Shown here in pieces: positions 53,845-64,000 of a stretch of DNA of 64,000 nucleotides. Position numbers and translations under genes: made by a program. The notes beneath the pieces were generated by a model that saw nothing but the letters and a program-made list of their open reading frames with translations, was not told the origin of the DNA and did not search any database. The stretch is from Octopus vulgaris (lineage: Eukaryota). The stretch spans positions 42,284,001 through 42,348,000 of the forward strand of contig OX597826.1 in NCBI GenBank assembly GCA_951406725.2, in the 5' to 3' direction. Position 1 is the first letter of the stretch, and each line of letters opens with the position of its first letter.

Positions 53845-54103
53845 TTGCAGCGTTGAAGGTGTTTATAAGCCATTTAAGAAACACGCAAAAACCGTTAGAT
53901 TCACTTCAACATTTAAATTTAATTTGCCAAAATATTTTCGTCGCTTTGAGACCGCGACCTGTTAGCACGATATTTTTGTCAGTGAACATGTCGCGGTCTC
54001 AAAGCGAGGAAAATATTTTGGCAAATTAAATTTAAATGTTGAAGTGAATCTAACGGTTTTTGTGTGTTTCTTAAATGGCTTACAAACACCTTCCACGCTG
54101 CAA
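53845..54103. repeat. ~118-bp-arm inverted repeat, Penelope-like, with a variant hammerhead motif
   Basis: About 53845-53963 versus 53984-54103 are reverse-complementary with few mismatches; flanked by (TA)n. Confidence 0.88.
53975..54025 (+). ncRNA. Minimal hammerhead-like motif with a G3:C8 core (probably damaged)
   Basis: Stem I tttgtca/tggcaaa; GTGAACA at 53982-53988; stem II gtcgc/gcga(g); GAAA at 54009-54012; palindromic AAATATTT. Confidence 0.5.
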
Positions 54104-54121
54104 TATATATATACACACATA

Positions 54122-54157
<36 letters not shown>

Positions 54158-54477
54158 TGTGTGTATATGTGTATGCATGTATGTGTGTGTGCGTGTCTGT
54201 GCTTGTGATTGTCCTCCACCACTGCTTGACAACGAATGTTGGTTTGTTTACATCCCTGTCACCTAGTGGTTTGACAAAGGAAACAGATAGAATAAGTACA
54301 ATGCTTACAAAAATAAAACTGGAGTTGATTCATTAAACTACAATTCTTCAAGGCATTGCCCCAGCATGGCCACAGACCAATGGCTGGAAAAAGCAGAAGA
54401 ATAAAAGAATACATTCTCTGCTTTGGTCTTATGTTCAAGGCATGAGAAAGCTTGAGTTTACATGAGAAGGCCTAACA

Positions 54478-54750
54478 GACCTGGTAGAAACAGCAGCCAA
54501 ATCTCCCTCAAATCACACCTTACTGTCTTATGTATGTATATATATGAGCCAATGAGGGGGACCTCTACATGGTAGCTAGACCTGGTAGAAATAGCAGCCA
54601 AATTTCCCCCAAATCACACCTTACTGTCTTATCTATGTATATATGTATGTATGAGCCTATGAGGGAGACCCCTACATGGCAGCTAGACATGGTAGAAATA
54701 GCAGCCAAATCTCCCTCAAATCACACCTTACTGTCTTATGTATGTATATA
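54478..54750. repeat. Three ~100-107-bp tandem units
   Basis: gacctggtagaaa(c/t)agcagccaaat..caaatcacaccttactgtcttat recurs at about 54478, 54579 and 54686. Confidence 0.85.
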
Positions 54751-55267
54751 TATATATATATATATATATACAAGCCACTACGGTTATTTAATGTAAAGTC
54801 TTCCTCAAATCACTCTCGCTATTTACTCTCTTCCAAGAACATTTTCACTCACTCTTATCTCTTAGCTTGTCATACATTTTACTCATGTATCTATCAGCGT
54901 GATAGACAGAAACAAATATGACATCGCCATCCCCATCGCCATCGCATTCTTTTGTCTACCTGTCAACACACTCACAGTGAATTAGTTTCATTTTATTCGT
55001 TGCACACTGTGTGTGTGCGTTTGCGTGTGCTGTAAACCAGACTAAGAAAAGTATTTGACATACACACCAGAATGTGAGTTTTCTGTAAATTTTGCTTAAT
55101 TGGAGTTTAAATTTTAAAAACTGGACCTGGCATGACCCGATGCATTCTACTCTTAAAAATGCTAGGTAAATTGTAATTGAAGAAATCCTATATTGTAGAT
55201 TTCTATAAGTGACAAAGGGAGGCAGATAAAATCTGCCTTTTATAATAAGAGATATATATATATATAT

Positions 55268-55633
55268 ACTCTTTTACTTGTTTCAGTCATTTGACAGCGG
55301 CCATGCTAGAGCACCGCCTTTAGTCGAGCAAATCGACCCCAGGACTTATTCTTTACAAGCCTAGTACTTATTCTATCGGTCTCATTTGCTGAACCGCTAA
55401 GTTACATGGACGTAAACACACCAGCATCGGTTGTCAAGCGATGTTGGGGGGACAAACACATACATATATACGACGGGCTTCTTTCAGTTTCCATCTACCA
55501 AATCCACTCACAAGGCTTTGGTTGGCTCGAGGCTATAGTAGAAGACACTTGCCCAAGGTGCCACGCAGTGGTACTGAACCCGAAACTATGTGGTTGGTAA
55601 GCAAGCTACTTACCACACAGCCACTCCTGCGCA
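55268..55633 (-). mobile_element. SINE family B
   Basis: Complete reverse-complement copy. Confidence 0.87.
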
Positions 55634-56282
55634 TACGTACACACACACAAACACACACGCGTACACGCGCGCATGCACACACACATGCACGCACGCACAC
55701 AAACATGTACGCACACACAATTAATTTGCTAGTTAGTTAGGAAGTCAATTTGTTAGTTAATTAGTTTGTGTGGCCCATTAAACAAACGGAAACGAATATT
55801 TTATAGCGCCAATGACAGACTGTCTACAAGATAACTAAACCAGCTAAACTTCCTTCGAATCTCCCTCTCGCCATCTTAATCAAGAGAAGGACACATCAGA
55901 TAACGTGATTCTAGACATTGTCAAGCGATCGACAATTAAATTGGAGTAGCTTTGATAACAGGCCTGCTCTGATGAAGTTGGTCAGGCGCCAAGCAATTAC
56001 ACTCATACTTTATCATACATATCGGTTTAACAGTAGATAGTATAATCGCTGCAACATCAGACACAATGACTCTTTATTCATGTTATGAGTTCAATTTTCC
56101 TTTGATCACTGCAAGCGTCGATAGAAAGAGCACCAGTGATATACTTAATAATAGATTTCCGACGGTTAAATCAGTCCTCCGTTTCCTAATGCGAATTCTG
56201 GCATTAGAAGCTAAACGTAGAATTCAGTATATGAATGAGAGTCTGAGCATGTCTATGTCTACTGTCATTCTGTATATATATA

Positions 56283-56510
56283 TGGTGAGCTAGCAGAAAC
56301 GTTAGCACGCCGGGCGAAATACGTAGCCGTATTTCGTCCGCCGTTACGTTCTGAGTTCAAATTCCGCCGAGGTCGACTTTGCCTTTCATCCTTTCGGGGT
56401 CGATAAATAAAGTACCAGTTACGCACTGGGGTCGATGTAATCGACTTAATCCCTTTGTCTGTCCTTGTTTGTCCCCTCTATGTTTAGCCCTTTGTGGGCA
56501 GTAAAGAAAT
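56283..56510 (+). mobile_element. SINE family C
   Basis: Near-identical to 2773-3009. Confidence 0.87.
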
Positions 56511-56940
56511 ATATATATCGTATTTCATGCTGTTTAATGTTGGTGACGTCCTGTACCCATATATTTGCATATATATATATAATCATTGTTTGATTTCACT
56601 TTTTCAATATCAGTGTCAATCGATACTGGAAAAAGTATATGTATTTGTGAGGGGAGCTGACTTCTCGTCGACAACTATGATTGTCACACGCCGATGATAG
56701 GTCAATACCTTGAAACTCGAGTCCGTGTGTATCATAAGTTGAAGACGGGAAGGATGACTTCCCTTCACAAATACTGATAGGGAACAGAAAGTGTGTCTAT
56801 AGCCAGCTGGAGGAGGTGTCTTCCTGGGGCTACAAACTACAGTAGCATCCACCCTTAGGGGTTGGCCATATTCAAATGCCAAATATACGTCACGATGTGT
56901 TGCCGCTACTGTTTATAACTCGCTCTGAGATTTATCATTG

Positions 56941-56991
<51 letters not shown>

Positions 56992-57139
56992 CATACATAC
57001 ACACATACACGCATATATATGTATATTATATTATATTAAATTATATTATATTATATTATATTATATTATATTTATATTATATTATTATTTAATTGAACGC
57101 CACGCATCTATTTCCATTGTAAGTTTATACATACATACA

Positions 57140-57201
<62 letters not shown>

Positions 57202-57396
57202 TGTGTGTGTGTGTGTGTGTCTGTGTGTGTGTATTACCACTATTGCTGTTTAGAATAAAACCTACGCAAATTTAATAAACAAAACATTCAAAAGAGATAT
57301 TTTCATGAATTGAACAGTGACCGCTACCATCAACAGCGGGTCATTTTCGGGGCAGTGCAGCTGACCATTCAACATACTACTGTCATGGTACTCCCA

Positions 57397-57486
<90 letters not shown>

Positions 57487-57761
57487 CTTTATTATTATTA
57501 TTATTATAATTATTATTATTCCCTACCAAGAATTCACAACGACCTCGAACCCACAAGAGTAAACAAGAGAGACAGAGACAGACAGAAACAAGGAAAATGC
57601 CACTTGTATTTGAACACTATACAAATATTCTTTTTAAAAAAACTTTTTAAATTTTTCTAATTCTAAAATGGATGTTGCGCTAGCCCTAACCTTCAGAATA
57701 CAGCGACAGTTACTACGAGAAAATGTCATATATGTATATATGTTTTAAGTATGTATTATTA

Positions 57762-57795
<34 letters not shown>

Positions 57796-57797
57796 TT

Positions 57798-58051
57798 TAT
57801 CTTTATCACAGGTTTTGTTGGAGCTCGTGGAGTCTTGCATGCGTAGCGAGTTTACTTCCTACAGCCTACGGTACCATGCTATTCGTTCTTTTCGGTTATC
57901 TAATACTTTCCTGGTTATCGTGGCCGTACCAAGGAGGCAACCCTTTTGTAACAGTTCTACTGGACACTTTATTCCAATATCCTTTATATTCCTCTTGATG
58001 CCTTCTGATACTATTCCCAAGGACCCAACAATAGTGTGCACTGTCTTCACC

Positions 58052-58052
<1 letters not shown>
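57798..58052 (-). mobile_element. 3' end of an R4/Dong-like LINE inside a (TAA)n tract
   Basis: TIVGSLGIVSEGIKRNIKDIGI..ELLQKGCLLGTATITRKVLD matches the GxLG..LQKxxLLGTxxIxRKVL C-terminus. Trinucleotide tracts lie on both sides. Confidence 0.75.
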
Positions 58053-58119
<67 letters not shown>

Positions 58120-58308
58120 GTTGTTGTTGTTGTTGTTGTTATTAAAAATCGATATTATTACTATAATCATTAGTTTATTAGTCAAAGTTCTTTCGTCACA
58201 CATTTTGTGATCTTCTCAATGTCTTTCTGTTTCTAGTGTCTCCTTGTCTCTGTGGTCTTGTACTGATTATTCCATTTTCTTTCGCTCTCTCTCTCTCTCT
58301 CTCTCTAC

Positions 58309-58348
<40 letters not shown>

Positions 58349-58429
58349 TTCGTTATATATATATTTATACACACGCACACATACATACATACATACATAC
58401 ATACATACATACATACATACATACATACA

Positions 58430-58530
<101 letters not shown>

Positions 58531-58914
58531 ATACTGAAAATAAGAATCCAGCACGGCGACACTGTTGTGGTTCTTGCGTAGATGTGAGATGTTTTCCAGC
58601 TGTGTGTAAGACGTGGAAACTTATTGAAAATGGAGTAGCCTACCAGAGCAAACCAGCGAGGCATCTTAAGCGGGAGGAACTATGATGATGCGGAACGAAA
58701 AACAAAGAGGGTGATATAGTAGTGGAAAGAAAATAACAAAGAAAATGAAAAGGAAAATAAGGATGGAAAGAAAGAAATTAATGTAAAACAAACAAAGATC
58801 GGACAGACACAGTATTTTGATGTCTAGCGTTTGTTATTTTTGAATATTGATTGAAGGAATAGAAAGAGTGAGATGAGGACAATAAAAATAACAACAACAG
58901 CACCAACAATAATA

Positions 58915-59130
58915 ATCTTTCTATTCTAGGCACAAGGCTCGAAATTTGGGGGGAGGGGACCAGTCGATTACATCGACTCCAGTACGCAACTGGTACTTAA
59001 TTTATCGATCCTGAAAGGATGAAAGGTAAAGTCGACCTCGGCGGAATTTGAACTCAGAACGTCGCGGCAGACGAAATACCTCTAAGCATTTCGCCTGGCG
59101 TGATAACGTTTCTGCCAGCTCGCCGCCTTC
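58915..59130 (-). mobile_element. SINE family C
   Basis: Reverse-complement copy in an (AAC/AAT)n context. Confidence 0.85.
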
Positions 59131-59199
59131 ACAACAACAACAATAATAATAATGATAAAGACCGGGTCTGAGATCACCAAGAAAAAATATTATACCTAT

Positions 59200-59990
59200 A
59201 CCTGACCAGTTTTGCTTATTGTATTTTCTTTACCTGCAAGATTGTCACTTCGTCTTCTTCCAATCCTGCCAAGACAACCGCCAATAATCAGGTGATGGAT
59301 ATTTCTGGTGGCACGTTCAACACTCTAATCTTAGCAAGGCGTTGGTCGCGATAGCTGGGAATTAATACGTTTTCATTCCTCAAAGTGGTCGTGGAATGAC
59401 ACCTAACTTCTTCTTCCGTCCTAAATCTCATCCCAATAGTTCCAAACTTATTTCCTCGGGTGACGTGGGTCTTTCGTTCCCACACGCGCGCAAGGCATTT
59501 TTGTATTTCGCTCTCAGGAGCATTTTTCACCTGGCGTGAGTTAACTCCGATGCAGAAGTATGTGACCGTGCATCTCAAAATATTCTCTATCACGTTGGAC
59601 GGAGGTTTTAGGGCTACCCTTCTCTCATTCCTTTTAACAATTTTCTTTGCCATTTAAAAATTTTCTTCATATATGCAGAAATCCTCCAAATTTCTCGCAG
59701 CAATCGCAAAAGAAATCGCTGCAGAGACGGTTTTAGCGGCAGTAGCAGTGGTGATATTCATATTTATAAGTTTTACGTCTTTAGTATCGTTGTTGTTGTC
59801 ACTGCAGCTGCTGTTGTCGTTTTCTTCAGCGAAAGTTTTGATGTTGCTTAGAGACGAAACAGTATTCGCCTCTTGACGTCATTAAATGTAGGCCATTCAA
59901 TATCTTTGTATTCATTCTTCTCCCACTAGGAACACGCGCCGTTATTGAACATTAGGATGACTTCTTTATCAGCCGTCTTTAAATAATTAA
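59200..59990 (-). mobile_element. Possible degraded ORF1/gag-like region of a non-LTR retrotransposon
   Basis: ORF 59288-59653 is non-repetitive and has FRTEEE...KIRVLNVPPEI, reminiscent of L1/Tx1-type ORF1. An in-frame stop follows. Confidence 0.4.
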
Positions 59991-60023
59991 AGAAAATTGT
60001 AAAATACTTGCTTTTGCCGAAAG

Positions 60024-60277
60024 TAATGGGTTGGTGCATAATTATTACGGCTTTTTTTTTTAACAAATTTTATTCAACAAAAACAATAACATGTAACAAA
60101 AACATCTTTAAATGATTATTCCGGAGTATATTTACCATCTACTTCAATTACTGCTTTCCATTTGCTTGGCAGATGGTCAGACCGTCATTTAAAGATGTTT
60201 TGTTAAATATTGTTATTGTTTTATGTTGAATAAAATTTGTTGAAACAAAGCCGCAATAATTATGCACCACCCCAATA
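60024..60277. mobile_element. Mariner-derived MITE with ~90-bp inverted arms
   Basis: TA-bounded tgggttggtgcataattatt / aataattatgcaccacccca TIRs (Made1/Hsmar1-like). The centre reads DHLPSKWKAVIEVDGKYTPE-stop on the minus strand, a mariner transposase C-terminus. Confidence 0.82.
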
Positions 60278-60455
60278 GTTAAAATTCAAAAATGATTGGT
60301 GCGTGCCTCCTGCAAAGCCTGGGGTGTTTCTACACAAAAATACTATCGGCGCAATCCAGGCAATCTGAGAAATGCAATGGTAACAATAAAAATGAAGAGG
60401 AAAAGATTATAAACACTATTTCAACTTACAGAACTTCAAATTTCTGTGACTTTAC

Positions 60456-60528
<73 letters not shown>

Positions 60529-60530
60529 TA

Positions 60531-60843
60531 TTTTTTCTTCTTCTTTCAAATTTGCTATCATTTCTTGCCGAGTGTCTTCCCGACTCCTAGGGCAAAGAAA
60601 CTCATAGTATACATTGGTAGGCCATTAAACCAAACTCAGTTAACCGCCTTGAGATACCACATTTTCTCAATTTCAATGAGTAGGTCTTTATATTTTCTGA
60701 GCTTGTCAAACTCTTTCGCTGAAATATTATGATCACAGGGGATGCTCATGTCGATCAATAAGCAAACTTTATTGTTTTGGTCTTTCACAACAATATCTGG
60801 TTTATTGGCCTTGATGGTTCGGTCTGTATGTACTGGAAAGTCC

Positions 60844-60846
<3 letters not shown>
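60531..60846 (-). mobile_element. 5'-truncated R4/Dong-like LINE (restriction-like endonuclease domain and 3' UTR) within (TAA)n
   Basis: WDFPVHTDRTIKANKPDIVVKDQNNKVCLLIDMSIPCDHNISAKEFDKLRKYKDLLIEIEKMW is a PD..D RLE motif. (ATT)n lies on both sides. Confidence 0.85.
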
Positions 60847-60892
<46 letters not shown>

Positions 60893-61104
60893 GTAATTTC
60901 AAATTTTAGGCAGAGGGTTAGAAATTTCGAGGATTGAATAATAATGTCTAAAAAACGCTAATTATAATGTAGGCCAATGTAAATGGATAAAGGGGTCAAT
61001 ATGCATTAGATCAACTCGGTAAACTATAAGGTTAACAAAGTTTGTGTCCAGAGATGATGTGTATGTGCATACATACATACACACATACCCACACAGATAC
61101 ACAT

Positions 61105-61141
<37 letters not shown>

Positions 61142-62654
61142 CACACACATACAAACACATACATAAATACATACATATACTCATGCATACATACATACAT
61201 ACATACATACATACATACATACATACATACATACATACATACATACATGATCCTTTTAACTAATAAGTCTCCTCAGAATGAAAACCGAGATAATAATTGT
61301 CCAAATGAATACATCTAGTCTTGAGAAAAGCAATGTCATTTGCTACAAAACCTTTCAATACCATCCATATCACTAGATTCAAAATGGACGAGCAGGTGTA
61401 CACATGTACACATGTGGTAACTAGAATACTTTGGTTTAGTTCGGTACGTATTGGCAAAGCAGCGGAGGAATAAATCACATGTTTTGATATATGAATTTAT
61501 AAAATTCTTTTTACTTGGTTATATAACATGCATCGCGACTCTAGTAGAATTCCGACTTTGAAAATGTGTTAGCTATATTTTGCAGAATATTATAAAGTTG
61601 AAAAGTAATGAAAATTTACTTTCATAAAATTGAGGCGGAATGCCGAACTAAATTTAATCGTAAGCCGATTCCATCCCGCGTGTCATATGTTTGACATGGT
61701 CGGTGATAGTAATGCAATGTTTGAAGTTTGTTAGATAGCTTGTGTGTTGTAGTTTGGGTAAACTCTAATTGTTCGAATATCTATTGTTACTGATGTAATT
61801 TGAAAACGTAGAAAATGCCATATAAACTGAGGAGAGGCTATATGTATAAATACATATTGTCAGATAATGACTACAGTCTGTATCGATACAAATTATCAGA
61901 TGTCTTGTTTGGTGCAATACAAACACTTGTTTGGTGTAAATACAAACAGCTAGCCTGTTTTTATTGAAGCAGTGTATGTAGCTGCAAAAGTTTGCTCGCT
62001 TTAGATGATATAATATATGTAAATACAAATTCAAAGCTATCATCTAGTTAAGGGGATCTGTTTTCTTTTTACCTATTCAAAGTAATCCTACTTATATTTT
62101 AAGTGCTGTAATGTAATATGGCTGTTAGGCAATAAACGTCTCTACCAGAGAATAATGTCTAAACTTTATTGTACATGAAGTTTTATTGCAATTTTAAAAG
62201 GGAATGTATTATATTCCTGTGAATGCAATTAACATGGCTTTTAGCTCATACAAATTTTGAGTGTGCTTTCGTATTCATTGAATGAAGTACTTCACTTTAG
62301 TGCTGTGGAGTATTTAGTATTAACACTTTATATTGTGAGTTGAAATCCTAATTGAGCCAACACTGCGTTTCATCCTGTGACGAGAGAAATGCAATAATAT
62401 AACTGTCAATCGTATAGCATAGTTGATTAAATTGATTATATCTCTTCTCTTCAATTTGTTGTCTTGAATTAAATAAAATATCCTTATGCGTATACACTTC
62501 AAATGCTAAATCTTTATATTTATCACTACCTAAATATTATACAAGTTTGATTACTTTTGGTGTGTACAATAAATTGAACTCAATGATTCACTCGTTATTC
62601 TGCATTATGTTACTTTCTACATCTAATTTCATATATGTTGTATATGTATTCAAA

Positions 62655-62788
62655 AGTGGAGGCGCGTGGCTTAGTGGTTAGGTTGTCAGCATCCTGATTG
62701 TAAGATTGTGGTTTCGATTCCTGGACCGGATGTCGCGTTGTGTTCTTGAGCAAAACACTTCATTTCACGTTGCTCCAGTCCACTCAGC
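62655..62788 (+). mobile_element. 3'-truncated SINE family D with TSD
   Basis: 12-bp direct repeat tatgtattcaaa at 62643-62654 and 62789-62800. Confidence 0.75.
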
Positions 62789-62973
62789 TATGTATTCAAA
62801 TCTATCAAAATATATACGCATATTTACACATAGGCGTACGTTATTACACACAGGTTACACACATCTAAAGATTTTCAAGGAATAGTAATTTTAGTTTATG
62901 CTAAATCTGTGCACTTACAACATGTTTAATACGTTCCGTGCAAAAGCTACAAATATACATAATAATCATTATT

Positions 62974-63211
62974 TATTTCTTTACTGCTCACAAGGGGCTA
63001 AACATAGAGGGGACAAACAAGGACAGACAAACGGATTAAGTCGATTACATCGACCCCAGTGTGAAACTGGTACTTTATTTAATCGACCCCGAAAGGATGA
63101 AAGGCAAAGTCGACCTCGGGGGAATTTGAACTCAGAACGTAAATACTGCTCAGACGAAATACTGCTAAGCATTTCGCCCGGCGTGCTAACGTTTCTGCCA
63201 GCTCGCCGCCT
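62974..63211 (-). mobile_element. Full-length SINE family C
   Basis: 20-bp TSD tatacataataatcattatt at 62954-62973 and 63212-63231. Confidence 0.9.
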
Positions 63212-63624
63212 TATACATAATAATCATTATTATTATTTCCATTCACAGAATGAGGATGCGCCATCACACCAGACATGAGGATGCCTCATCACAGACATGA
63301 GGATGCCTCATCATACCTCTGTGTTCTTGGATTTTTATCTATAATTTCAAATTATTTCTGTTTTGTTCTGTCTAATCACAACGTGTAACATCGATAGTTA
63401 ATTGAAGTTACGTTTGTAGCATGAAACAACAAGTCACTGCACTAAGTTTATCATTTTCCTGTGTATTCTTATCACTGTTTTAAAAAAAAATAGTCCAAGC
63501 TCGGGCTACAACAATGATAAAGAAATCACTCATAAATGTTAGCGAATCATCAGAATTTACGAATATTAAGACATTAGTTAAGTATTATGAGATAAAGAAG
63601 ATAGCAGAATGAACTTTCAAATAC

Positions 63625-63722
<98 letters not shown>

Positions 63723-63779
63723 TGTAGTAGTAGTAGTAGTAATAAAAATAGTAGTAGTAGTAGTAGTAGTAGCAGCAGC

Positions 63780-63834
<55 letters not shown>

Positions 63835-63868
63835 ATAATGATAATAATAATAATAATAATAATAATAA
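63625..63868. repeat. Compound (AAT)n/(GTA)n microsatellite
   Basis: Directly visible. Confidence 0.95.
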
Positions 63869-64000
63869 ACAGAGCGACTCCAAATCGGGTCAAATGGTTG
63901 AGAAAATATATCTTATAAAGTGGAACGAATTCAACAGCTTCAAATGCTTAAGTGTTACTCACAAAAAAAGTATATATACGTGTAATGTATCTATAATTTT

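Noticed and set aside
54478-54750. Repeat-spacer-like array resembling CRISPR
   Set aside because: Eukaryotic context; the intervening parts are similar to each other and there are no cas genes. It is an ordinary tandem duplication.
56081-56225. NLLLSISLVLFLSTLAVIKG signal-like stretch on the minus strand
   Set aside because: No in-frame ATG after the upstream stop and no GT donor before the downstream stop.

Overview
Eukaryotic, AT-rich, microsatellite- and SINE-dense DNA. The repeat landscape points to a coleoid cephalopod (Octopus-like); this is inferred from the repeat types and not proven. The only host gene found is a minus-strand Cys-loop ligand-gated anion channel subunit (glycine-receptor-like). 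I reconstructed seven GT-AG exons that join in frame: 44313-44243, 37301-37234, 31411-31185, 25743-25661, 23728-23582, 17258-16873 and 12126-11965, about 380 codons in total. The signal-peptide exon was not found. Its ligand-binding loops and pore depart from canonical Gly/GABA/Glu receptors. Introns and flanks hold four tRNA-derived SINE families, non-autonomous Helitrons, mariner/Tc1 derivatives, and CR1, RTE and R4/Dong-type LINE fragments, several of them inside (TAA)n tracts. There are also long Penelope-like inverted repeats carrying hammerhead ribozyme motifs, one with a compensatory G3:C8 core. Nearly all of the supplied ORF track is microsatellite or SINE noise.
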